Below are positions 52,062 through 64,000 of a DNA stretch of 64,000 bases, in pieces. Origin of the DNA: Octopus vulgaris (Eukaryota); the NCBI GenBank assembly GCA_951406725.2, contig OX597814.1, positions 26,536,001 through 26,600,000 on the forward strand, given 5' to 3'. Each line of letters opens with the position of its first letter. Position 1 is the stretch's first letter. A program made the translations under genes and the position numbers. The notes beneath the pieces are model-generated. The model did not search any database. It was given only the letters and a program-made list of their open reading frames with translations, and was not told the origin of the DNA.

Positions 52062-53385
52062 TCATCATCATCATTGCTTAACATTCGCTTTCCATTCTGG
52101 CATGGGTTGAACGGTTTGACTGGCAAGCCAGGAGGCTGCACCAGGTTCCAATCTACAGCTGAATGCCCTTCCTAACACCAACCACCCCAAGAGTGTAGTG
52201 GATGCATTTTACATGCCACTGGCATGTGAGCCAGTCAGGAGGTACTGGCATCTACCACACTCAAATGGTGCTTTTTACATGCCACCGACACAGGTGCCAG
52301 TCAGGTAGCACTGAGATTGGCTACTCTCAAATGGCTACTCTCAGGCAACACTGGCATCAGCCATGCTCGAAGGGGGCTTTTTACATGATAGTCAGGCAGC
52401 ACTGGCATCGCCCATGCTTGAATGGTGCTTTTTATGTGCCACCGGCATGGGTGCCAGTCAGGAGGCATTGGCATCAGTCACAGCTACGATTTCACTTGGT
52501 TTAACAGGTCTTCATAAGCACAGCATATTGCCTGACGATTGAAAAGTTCTTTTAAATGAGCCAGTTATGTAACACTGGCATCGGCCACAGCTACAATCTC
52601 ACTTGGCTTGCAGGGTCTTCTCAAGCAAAGGTCTCGGTCGCTTGTCATTGCCTCTGAGAGGCCCAGCATTTGAAGGTCAGGCTTCACTACCTCATCCTAT
52701 GTTTTTCTGGTTCTACTTCTTCCCCTGTTAGGGTGTGGCACTTCTTCACACAGCTATCCTCATCCACACACAACACCTGACCATACCAGGGCAGTTGTCC
52801 CTCTTCCACACACCATCTGATGCTTATTATGTCCAACATTTCTCTCAGGATGCTTACACTCTGTCATGTATGCACACTGACATTACACATCCAGTGAAGC
52901 ATACTAGCCTCATTTCTTTTCAGCCTACACACGTCTTCAGCAGTCCCAGCTCATGTTTTACTTTCATCTAGAATGGCTGTTTGCACAGTTATCATACAGT
53001 CTACCTTTCACTCTGAAGGAGAGGCCCTTTGTTACCAGCAGAGGTAGGAGCTCTCTGAACTTTGCCCAGGCTATTCTTATTCTAGCAGCTACGCTCTCAG
53101 AGCATCCATCCCTGTTACTAACTTGGTCACCTAGGTAACAGAAGCTATCATCTAATTCTAGTTTTTTCCCTTTGCATGTGATGGAATCTGTTTTCTGTAC
53201 ATCTTCAGTGTTTAATGCACCTGTGCATCTGCCACACACAAAAACTATCTTCCCAGTTAACCTTCCCTTGATATTGCTGCGCCTCTTATGTATCCATAGT
53301 TTACACTAGGTACATCTTATGGAGTTTCTACCTATGCCTTTTCTACAGATTAAGCAGGGCCATCAATATGATTAACTAAAACCTT
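52062..53385 (-). mobile_element. RTE-clade LINE, 5'-truncated (Cys-rich zinc finger, RT C-terminus, repeat-containing 3' UTR, (TGA)n tail)
   Basis: WPC..CRKGIGRNSIRCT.CKLWIHKR...CGRC; DSFCYLGDQV..GCSESVAARIRIAWAKFRELLPLL..KGRLY; DEVVKPDL..AMTSDRDL. Confidence 0.92.
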
Positions 53386-53815
53386 CAAGACAAAGCCTTT
53401 GTATAGTTACAGTTCTGTGAAAGCAACCAATAAAGAACAGTTAGACCAACAGACATATATGCAATCAGGTATAAAAGTACAAGAGAATAGGAGTCAATCC
53501 ATAAAACAGAGTTGCTTATTCATTCATGTAAACCCAAAGCTTCACCCATTCATATTGTCTAGTACTATGTTCTTCCTTTGATTTAGTACTTCATTCATTA
53601 TGATCATTAATTAGTATTGCCTACATGATTCACATGATAGTTAGGTTTCAGTCAGGTTAGAGTAGTAGAAGAGTGTGTAGTAAGTTTTCTTCTACAAATA
53701 CCTTTCTGACCACCAAATTAGGATTAAAGATTTGGAACAGATCTTTTAAAAAATATATATATCAATTATATTTATTCTCAATTCTCCTTTTTATGTGTGT
53801 ATAAAGGCATATGTG

Positions 53816-53821
<6 letters not shown>

Positions 53822-53894
<73 letters not shown>

Positions 53895-53963
53895 TGTATG
53901 TATGTATGTATGTATGTATGTATGTATGTATGTATGTATGTATGTATGTATGTATGTATGTAT
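53822..53963. repeat. (TA)n and (TATG)n microsatellite
   Basis: Directly visible. Confidence 0.95.
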
Positions 53964-54529
53964 ACTTACATAAATATATATAAACATACATACATTCACA
54001 TACATATGCATTATAATGCAAACATGCACACACATACAAATACATGAGAACACAACAAAGCAGTACTTTATACATAAATGCCTTTATTTTATATGAAATA
54101 GGGTAAACCCAGCAGAATTTGGAATATTTTAGATGGTGAAAATAATTCTTCAACTTTTTTGTATATGTTCTAAGTTTAGGATATACAAAGTACATATTTG
54201 ACAGGATTTACAAAGAATTAAGCTCTTGGTAAATATTCTCACATTCTTGTTTTCAATGCAACTAAATTCTTCTTTTGCATGTGGATCATGCACAAACTAC
54301 CGCATTTCTAACAAGGAGAAAAATCAAAGTTAGTAAAAAAAAAACTAAAAAGAAAACAAGAAAAGAAATAACTAAAACTATACAGTGGAAGTGTTTCATT
54401 GGTTACCTCCATACAATCGTAGTGCTATAGATGTTAACTGCTAGTGTTCCTGCTGTTGAGGCTGCTGTAAGCCTGACAACAATGATTGCAGCAGTGTTTG
54501 TGGGGAAAGGTAGTAGTGGTGCACTTGGT

Positions 54530-54551
54530 TGCGATGGTGGTGATGGTGGTG

Positions 54552-54612
<61 letters not shown>
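54530..54612. repeat. (GGT)n and (AGT)n microsatellite
   Basis: Directly visible. Confidence 0.95.
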
Positions 54613-54613
<1 letters not shown>

Positions 54614-54892
54614 TGCAGCCACTACTGCTCAGACAATTTTCCTAGCAGTTGCAACTGCTGCCACGTATCTATATAGAAGACTTTGAAATTCACTATTCAT
54701 ATTTCATACATAAATGCATATTATATATATATATATATACACACATATATATATGCATTTATGTATGTATATAGATAGATAGATATACATTATATATATA
54801 TATACACACACATATGTATGTATATATGTATATGATTTATATATATATATATATGTATGTGTAGATGCACATGAGTGTATATGTATATAATT

Positions 54893-54929
<37 letters not shown>

Positions 54930-55062
54930 AATGTATTGATGCATATGTGTATGTATATAATGCATATATATATGCACATATATAATGAATATATATATAT
55001 ATGTATGTATGATGCCTATATGTATATATGTATATAATGCATATATATATGCATGTATATAA

Positions 55063-55093
<31 letters not shown>

Positions 55094-55679
55094 GCTTATG
55101 CATATGTGCATATATATCTGTATATAGACATAGAGTGATATAGATACGTACATATGTATTGTGTGTATGTGTGGAAGTATGCATATCCACTGAAAGAAAA
55201 TAACACATTATGGCGATCTAAAGAATTTATGTATCATGAGAAGAAGGTTTACTTTGAAAATACATAAAAACTCATATACAGAGATATTAATAACAATTTT
55301 TATTCATACTTTATTCTACAGGGAGAATTATGCACCAATAAATGTATTCAAAGTCAAAATATTAGTCATAACTCATCAAGTTTATTGCCAAGCAGTTGTC
55401 ATATATATGTATGTACATATATAGGTATGTACATATATAGGTATGTGTGTGTCTGTGTATGTATATCTATATGAATATGTGTGTACATTTATATAGATGT
55501 AAATGTCTATATATGTGTGTGTTTATATATACACAGACATTCACATATTCATATTACCTTGTGATAAATGCATATTCTTATATGGGAGAATGTACAAGGA
55601 CATTTTATATAAACTGATATATCCATATAATATATATACACACACTTATATGTATACATACATAGATAATTACACACCT

Positions 55680-55721
<42 letters not shown>

Positions 55722-56209
55722 CATCAATGAAATAGCAACAAATATTTTCTGATTGAAAGTTTCAGTACTTGCAGTAGGGTCAAATTTATTATATATATTA
55801 CAGTTGATTGTGACTTCAAGTTTCACATCTCATACCACTTCTTTTTTTGTGTATATACACGTGTGTGTGTTATTGTGCATTCTAACCACAAAGAAAATAT
55901 GTATTATACATCTAAATGCTCACATGCAAAATACAAAAATATGAGATTTCCACTCCCAGCATCTGATCTTAACTTGGCACAATTATGAAGTTAACTCACT
56001 TTAAATAGAAGAAAACTGTCAGTACATATTAAATACTCTTCCCCTACCCCCATTTGCACAATTATTTGTACTTTAGCATATATAAATATGAGAGTTTGTG
56101 TGTTTGTATGTATGTATGTATGTATGTATGTATGTATGTATGTATGTATGTATGTATGTATGTATGTATCAATCAATCAATCAATCAATCAATCAAGACA
56201 AGGCAGCTA

Positions 56210-56970
56210 ATCCATGTAAGTGGACATGACCTGCCTATCTGAAACAGTGTTTCATGACAATATCCTCAACACTATTGCTTTTGGGCTATTCAAAGACTGC
56301 ACAAATATTGATATAGTTCTCCCATTTGATGTTCATAACTAATGGAAGTTTGTGTTGATGAAATTATTCTAGTTTTCAGCTGTGCAAGTGGTACAAAGTC
56401 TACATCTCACTACCATAAAGTATGGTGAAAAGAAATAGTTATTGAAACACCATGAGTTTGGTTAGAAGTTTCATGTTCTAGTTTCCAAAAACACAAATAA
56501 AAGTATATGGACAGCTTAATTTTTTTCTCTTAATACCTTTCTCATTGTGTGGAGAGAATGCTTCCAAGATATGGGAACTGGCTTACTTGTTCCAGTAATA
56601 TTTTGGAGATAGTGATATCAAACTAAGGAAAAAGTGCACTTGGAACAGGTTGTACAAAATTGTCAGACCAAAGTAACCATATGCATTTTTTAAGTCATTG
56701 ACCAATTCCTCCATTTTACTTAGGTGAATGAGGTGATGAGACATTGCCATTTGCATACTCAGTTCAATGACACAAGTGCTGATGATCAATCTTTGTAATC
56801 GAAATCCAGACAAATTGTGGAGTCCATCATCAAAGTAGCACTTAATCACTAAACCAGAGTTGTTAGATGGAATTTCATGATGCATAGCTGCAAGGTACAT
56901 AGAAAACAAAGTTGGGGCTGGTACACCCTCTTGCTTTCAGCTGTTAGTGATTGGAAAACCTGTTATGTTG
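56210..56970 (-). mobile_element. Old RTE (BovB-like) LINE reverse-transcriptase remnant
   Basis: FPITNS*KQEGVPAPTLFSMYLAAM (cf. GVKQGCVLAPTLF), DDGLHNL, ELVN..AYGYFGLTI, TILYGSEM*TLY..FHQHKL. Confidence 0.8.
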
Positions 56971-57676
56971 TTTTGATGTGTCACTCATTCTGTCACACCA
57001 TTATGGACTGCTTGGATGGGTGACACAAAACAATCAGAGCAAATGAATTACTTCACAGTGTTGGGGGCTTTTTCACCCACTCCTCCTCTTTTTAAAATGG
57101 TGGATGTACAACAGCAGTCACTGTCCCTCCAATTTGTATTTTTTTTTTTCACTGTTAAATTTTTTGCAAAATCCTTTTGAAGTTTTGGCACATAAAATTC
57201 TGATTTGCAGCTTATAAATATTCAGCCCTAGAATATATTTGTAAAATACACTGAATTATACAGCATTTTCTGAGTTCTAATGGAAGAATTCCTTGGGGAC
57301 AACTTTTATTTCATCTTTCCATTGTTGATAAAAGGAGTAGCAATTAAGTACTAGAAAACTATATATTTGTTTCCTCTCCTGCTAAAGTTGACGGCATTGT
57401 TCCTAAATTAAAAAAAATAATAATGTTTACTGTAGACAGTGGTTATCACAGGTATAGTCTCTTGCCTGTGATTGTCGGTTTCTGATTTTGTCTCAACTTC
57501 ACATATTTTGAAGGAGTAAAAGAGAGTGAGTTGATTTAAGACCAGGACTCGACTGGTATTTTATCAACCCTAGAAGGATGAAACAGTAACGTTGAATCTG
57601 GTTCAATTTGCACTCAAAACATACAGGAACTATTACTACAGCTAATCATTTTGACCTGTGTACCAACCTCTCTCCA

Positions 57677-57721
<45 letters not shown>

Positions 57722-58219
57722 CTCTCTCTTCCTTACAAGTGACTACTGTAAAGAAATTATCTCAATTTAAAAATCTGAGATGAAACTTACTTGACACTAT
57801 AAAAATGTAATTTTTATAGATTACAACATAAAATTCAATAAAACATTCATCTTTATATTTAAATATATGTTACTATTGCAGAAGTAACTTGAACAAGCTG
57901 TAATAACTTTTTCTCCTTTTCTTACCTAATATAGCCAATATCTTCACTTTAACATCTTTTATGTTCACTATAATCAATGTTATTCAATTGTACTTTATTG
58001 AACCCTATAATGATGATCTCTAAACTATGAATTTGAAATATAATTTCTGACTGCTCCTTTCATATATTTATTTCATTTAGTCACATCACTTCAAAGTATA
58101 ACATTTGATACACATACATACATACAAACAAACATACATACATACATACATACATACATACATACATACATACATACATACATACATACATACATACATA
58201 CATACATACATACATACTT

Positions 58220-59620
58220 ATAATGCCAGTACTCATACCAACATTTGGGCTGCTTAATTGGACGTTTGATGAGATCCAAGCCATTGATGTGAAAACTCGA
58301 AAAATACTAACAATCACACATAATTTCCACATAAACAGTGATGTAGACTACCTCTACCTAAAAGGAAAACAAGGCAGTATAGGCTTAACACCAATCCAAA
58401 ATGCCTTTGAATGTCATATATCCTTGTGGCAACATCCTTTAACCACCAAGCACTGAATTGCATCCCCTGACCAAGTTTGCATACATGAGGCTGATAACAT
58501 CATAAAACTTGGAAGGCAGCTCCTTGAACAACATTCCTTGTCTGATAACCTAGAATACATGCCCAAAGAAGTCACATGACTCTACTGCAACCTATCATCA
58601 GATGAAATGATGAGCCTATATGAGCAGAAGACTATGCATGGATATGCTAGTAGAAAGCGTGGAGATGATATTAATGTTGATCATCAAAGCAGTCTATCAT
58701 GGACCAATAGCCAAATTATTCCCTCCCACTTTGAAGTGTATGCATTTGCAATCCAGGAACAAGAAATATCAACCAAATACTCGATGCCCAAAAGGGATAG
58801 AGGTGCAGGAAATGCAGTAAAATGTGACAATTGATGCAAACTTTGTGGAGTTAACACTGAAGATATCACCCACATCAAAAGCAGTCGTCCAAAAATGTCA
58901 TAACGGTATTATCTACCAATTAGACATGATGTTGTAGCTAGAACACTCTATAAGGAAATCCATCAGGATAATCCCGAGGATAAAGAAATAAGAACCCACA
59001 GTATGGTAGAAGCTATAGCCACTCATAATAAAAAGGAGTACTGGTGGAGTGTCCCAGTGAAGACCTCAATAAAATGTAAGCACAACAGACTTGATATGAT
59101 GATTTGAGAGAAAGAAGAGAAACTGTGTACAGTTGCGGAAATTAGCTGCCCAGTGAATGTTAACATAAAGCTGAAGATTAGTGAAAAAGAGAATACCTAC
59201 GCTGAACTATTGGGAAATCTGCAGTTACTATCTCCAGATCACAAGTTCAGATTTATACCTGTAATTATTGGGGCCATGGGATATGTAACACACTGCCTAA
59301 CTACCAATCTAAAGAAATTAGAAACCAGAAAGGAGAAAGCTAATTCGAAGACTACAGATCCAGTACATCACTGGAACTGTAAAAATCTGTAAAACTTTCC
59401 AGAAGTTTATCATTTAAATATATATATGAGTATGTCTAGATATGCAACTATATGCATGAGATTGCATACATAAAGCAAAACATATAAATTTGCACACATG
59501 CATACATACAAAAATACGCTGTTGTTGATGTTGAAATTCCAGTGAAGGAACCTTGGATCTATGTTAGAAACTGACTCTTTTTCTACTTGCAAGAAATCTT
59601 GCAATGAAACTGAACAATTA
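58220..59620 (+). mobile_element. R4/Dong-type RLE retrotransposon, 5'-truncated, within (CATA)n
   Basis: PTFGLLNWT..IDVKTRK..LYLKGKQGSIGL; MHG; AIQEQEI; C..CG..EDITHI..RHDVVAR; KHNR.D..EISCP..EKENTY..IPVIIGAMG; 3' UTR ends in (TACA)n and 5' flank is (CATA)n. Confidence 0.92.
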
Positions 59621-59846
59621 CATACATACATCTATATAAACCTCAGTATATATATATATATATATAGAACAGTAAAAATATGCAAGACTTTTCTCAAGTT
59701 CCAAATGTGAATTTGTCTGTGCTAATTACATCCCAAAGATGGAGCCTTGAATCTTTGATGGAAACCTACTCCATCCTCAGTGGAAGATTTATAATAATTA
59801 AAAAATAGAAGAGATATACATACATACACACATACATAAATACATG

Positions 59847-59878
<32 letters not shown>

Positions 59879-60169
59879 CATACATACATGTGTTGGTTCC
59901 TTTCTTATAGAATGCATGTTTAATAATACCTACCTTGAAAGAAGAAACCTGATGATATATTTTTATCCACTGTTATTACAGTAGTAGAAAAATGCCTTAA
60001 AGTATTTGCTTGTCTTTTCTTCTGAGATCACATCCTACAAAGTCTTAACTTTTCAGTTTATCTTTCCAGGGTCAATGTAATAAATGCTTTCATTCATTCC
60101 ATCATTTTACATTCATTTGCTCTTTTTTCAAAAAACAAAACCTTTTATTTCTAGGGATTTTGTGTAAAT

Positions 60170-60690
60170 ATGTAGGCACATAGCGTAATGTTCATATGAT
60201 GATAGGTACAAGGGAGAATTTATAGTCAGGGTACAAGACTTATAAGCTCTGCATTAACTCACTGTAAATGTTCTCTTTTCCCTGGACTTTTGATGGTACA
60301 GTTGACCTCTACAACAGTACATGACATTTGTTCCTTGTTCCACAGAACAATATCAGATCTCTTATGTTTGCACCAAATTACTGTTTTTACTGGTGTGAAT
60401 TACATATTGGTTCTGACATGCCTTTGATGTATATGTCAGGGCAATCCTTCCTGTGAATAGCATTGTAAATAATCTTTGCAACTATATCATACTTGAGGGG
60501 CAGGCATCTCATAGATATTTTGGGGAAGTTCTGATGCTGGTATAGCAGCGCCAATATTTTCTATCTCAACGTGGAGGTTTGGTGGTATCTTTGTCCCTCT
60601 TGTTTATCAGGTTAGGAGGTATCTCCTGTTCCTGGAGAGTGAAGGCATACCTTTCAATATATAAGAGATTCTCACTACCAGTATCTTGAC
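60170..60690 (-). mobile_element. Older copy of the same R4/Dong-type lineage
   Basis: IERYAFTLQEQEI..KRD; LPLKYDIVAKIIY; PVKTVIWCKHKRSDIVLWNKE..CTVVEVNC; KENIYSEL..LYPDYKFSLVPIII. Confidence 0.85.
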
Positions 60691-60747
60691 TCACTACCAG
60701 TATCTTGACTCACTACCAGTATCTTGACTCACTACCAGTATCTTGAC
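60671..60747. repeat. Perfect 19-bp minisatellite, 4 copies (CTCACTACCAGTATCTTGA)
   Basis: Four identical head-to-tail units, no spacers. Confidence 0.95.
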
Positions 60748-61069
60748 CAGTAAAATGATGAAGTTTTTAACACACAATAAATAGGATAAAATTTTGTATG
60801 TATGTAATTTATGTATGTATGTACATACAGCCATTTTTCCATGCTAACATGAATTTAATGAGTTTATGATTGGGGCATGCATTTAAAGTCAGATGTTCTT
60901 CCTGCCACTAACCCTCACCTGTTTTGTGATGAAATAGATCTCTAATGCCACACCTCTCCAAATGTTTAAAGGCAGTTGATAATTTTTTGACAAAGAGCAT
61001 GTGTATATAAACACAAAGAGACACACATGCATACATACATATAAGCACACACCCACCCATATATACAAC

Positions 61070-61217
61070 AGGATTCTCTCTCTTTCCTTCTATAAAATCC
61101 ACTCAAAGGCTTTGGTCAAACCAGTACTATAATAGAAGACATTTGCCACAGGTGTTATGTAGTGGAACAACACTCATATGAGTGTAATATAAAATTCTCA
61201 ACCACACAGCCATACCT
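61070..61217 (-). mobile_element. SINE family A, 5' part
   Basis: aaatccactcaaaggctttggtc...tataatagaagacatttgcc...aaccacacagccatacctg. Confidence 0.75.
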
Positions 61218-61272
61218 GTGTGTGTGTGTGTATGTGTATATATGAGAGAGAGAAAGTGAAAGATTTTAAATG

Positions 61273-61323
<51 letters not shown>

Positions 61324-63439
61324 ATTTAAATTTTATGCATATAAAGCTTATAGAAAAATTCATATATAAAATATGTGTACATATATATATATACAAATTT
61401 AATTTATATATGTAAAAAGTTTTTTGTGTGTGTATGTATAATACGCACAGTACACATACATACATACATAAGTACACCCACACATTTTATTTTCCTATTT
61501 TTGTTTTTTTCCACTTTTAAATTCTATTTAACTTTATATTTTTATGCTATTTTCAGTTACTTACTGTATCTTGAGTCAGTGTTATTTCTTATATTTCTTT
61601 TTGAACAGAAATGTTCTGGAAGTCAGCTTAAGCTCAGAACATTGCCTTTTTGCTTGTCTTGCTTTCTCATTTGGCTTGTAAATATGCAGAGTTTTTGTGT
61701 TCTTTTTCATTTAAAAAAGTTTTCTAGACAGTCTAATAGAATATCTAAGGTCAATTTCACAGAAAAGTAGAAAAGTCAAATGAATTGAGCTTTATATATT
61801 AATGGTACTATTTTGTTTACTCTTGGTGAAGACGAAGCATAGTTGGTCTCAGAATGACTTTTATGATTGTAGTTATATGACTAAATTGGTGATGGCAAAA
61901 AGAATTTTGAGAAAGCATAAAATATAAAAAATAACTTTTCTCTTTTTCTCTCCTCGCTCTCATTTTTCTTTCTCTCTTCCCCCCCCTCTCTCTCATACTC
62001 ACACTCACAAACACAGAACAGCTTTTCCATAAGTAGACAAATATTTATAAAAATTTCCCAACTGGATACATTTCATTGCTGAAATTCAGGTACATAATCT
62101 GGTGTAGCAAGTGAGAAAGCACATAAACTTTTAGAGTGCAATAATAATAATAACAATAATAATAATTTCTTACATTAATAATAAAGTCATAATAGTTTCT
62201 CTTTTCCATTTAAAAAAAAAATTTTTTAAATATCTTGCATATATTTTAGAATTTCTGATGGAGTATTTCTGCTGTGCAGCATACCAGAATCACTTTTATC
62301 GCAATTAGTTCTAAATTTACTTAGAAAGCTAAATAAATAAATAAAGATGAAGAAATAAAGTTCTATAAAACAATGTTGAGTAAAGCCTTCATCCCTGAAG
62401 TTGCTAATAGCAATGCCACTCGTGTAAGCTTAAAAGAGCAACAGGAGCTATTAAATATATATACTTTCATTTGAAGTAGCAGTAATGGAAGAATATGAGC
62501 AAGCTGTAAAATTGGAAATCAATGGTTTACTTTGTCAGACTATTAAACTGCTATGAGCAACAGTTTTATCCACCATATTTCAGTTGGTTGCTGACTAAAT
62601 TGTTCCTTTGAACAGTTGACTTGCTTACATTCCATCAGGATCTATTCACGGAAGAAGAAAAAAGAGGTGGGGAATAATGATTCAATGATACACTGTATCT
62701 ATGTGGCTGGAATGCAAGATGGTTTTTAGTATAACCTACAATGAAATTAAATACATAGCATCTATACAAACATAAACATATACACATACACACACAAGTG
62801 TGCGTGTCTGTGTATACATACGTACATACACACAGACATATATGCATGTGTGTGTATTAGTATGCAGATGTTTGTGTGAATATGTGTATTATAAGTGTGA
62901 GTATGCATGTGAAGAAAAATCTCTACCCATCAAAACTAATAAAGGGAGAAGCTCAATTTCATGTTAAAATGGTGAATTGTGAACAGAATTTTTTTACTTT
63001 TCTTAATATAGTTTTTAAATCATTGGAACCTTTTATCTAAGGATGTAGCTTTTTTTTTACATTAAATTTTTTATATTTTTCATTGGTAATGTCTTTGTAC
63101 CACATTAACAAAGTAACTATGGTTGAATCTTACTTCAAAATAGACTGTCTGTTTTCAGTGATCCAGTTCTATAATATGGTGACCTATATTATGCAAAAAT
63201 GCAAACCTCTTCTGGCACGGAACATATATTTCTCTTTATGTAAAGTAATACATTTCAAATGTAAACATTAATAATATTTTCCATTTCATTTTACTCAACT
63301 TACATCTATATTTCATCTCAATCCTTTTTTCATATTTGTTTTTTGGATATTTTATTAAATAATTTTTGAATATTTTATCATTCCATCCACACTTCTTCAG
63401 ATCTATATTAGATCCCTCTTAAATGGTGCATGCTATTTT

Positions 63440-63660
63440 CTTTTGTTGTGCTGTCTGTGTATTATATCCATGTTTGATTTTTTTTTCTGTCAGACAAAGA
63501 AAGGCAGTATCACAAGTTTTGTTAGCACTCCAGTATTGGTGAAAGTTGTGGGTGATATTCACATCAAACTTTTGTCAAAACATGAACAGAAAGTCAGATC
63601 TAGAGAGTTTCAGTTTGAAGGTAGCACAAATGGATAAACATCTGGAGTGGCATAATATGT
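63440..63660 (+). mobile_element. Possible decayed mariner transposase N-terminal HTH fragment
   Basis: VVGD...QKVRSREFQFEG resembles the mariner motif VYGD...WFQKFRSGDFSLED. Confidence 0.4.
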
Positions 63661-64000
63661 TGCAGCATTACCACATGTAAGCTTTGATTGAGCAGCTCTG
63701 TGATGAAAGGCATTCTATCCATACCTGTGCCATTTTTTCCAGGTATTGTGTAACTTAAGCCACATTATTTAATATGGTCTAGTTTGGTTGGGCACCATAT
63801 GAGAAAAATCTATCTGGCTTTTTAACAAGTTCAGTTAAACATTTCTCATTAACTTGACTGATACATTATAGAGTGACATCTACAAAACAGAGTTGAGTGC
63901 ATCAGATTGTTTGGGAGAGAGGCTGAATAGAGTTTACTAGTTTATTGGAGCAGAGGTCATTGCAGTAGGATAGAGAAAAGAAACAGTATTTAGGGGATGT

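Noticed and set aside
54408-54686. Poly-S/T/V ORFs and a minus-strand GAG|gtaacc donor
   Set aside because: Built on (AGT)n/(GGT)n repeats; no convincing acceptor or domain.
59535-59578. Hammerhead-like ccagtgaagg-aacct...gtt-agaaac in the R4 3' UTR
   Set aside because: No CUGANGA box and stem II is imperfect.
63494-63620. 127-nt open plus-strand exon candidate
   Set aside because: Weak donor (gtagca); the translation is better explained as a decayed mariner HTH region.

Overview
AT-rich, microsatellite-dense animal DNA; the repeat families suggest a cephalopod, most likely Octopus (inference). There is no long intact protein-coding gene here. Nearly all ORFs in the supplied track are translations of (TA)n, (CA)n, (TATG)n, (CT)n or (TAA)n repeats. 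The window is intronic or intergenic and full of mobile-element remnants: five R4/Dong-type RLE non-LTR fragments, several RTE LINE fragments with tandem-repeat 3' UTRs, a truncated BEL/Pao LTR element (gag, PBS and LTR), an internally deleted Tc1/mariner with TIRs, a non-autonomous Helitron, two Penelope-like ends with decayed hammerhead motifs, and many tRNA-derived SINEs of at least three families. Non-TE signals worth checking: a frame-compatible plus-strand microexon cluster at 3.9-4.6 kb that includes an AG/GTAAGT recursive-splice-like site; a phase-compatible minus-strand exon chain at 39.5-41 kb; a ~236-nt G-U-biased hairpin at 18.55-18.79 kb; and template-switch-like local duplications at 17.6/18.4 kb and 29.5/31.7/32.3 kb. 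I found no evidence of a CRISPR array or another multi-gene novel system. Repeat boundaries were set by eye and are approximate.
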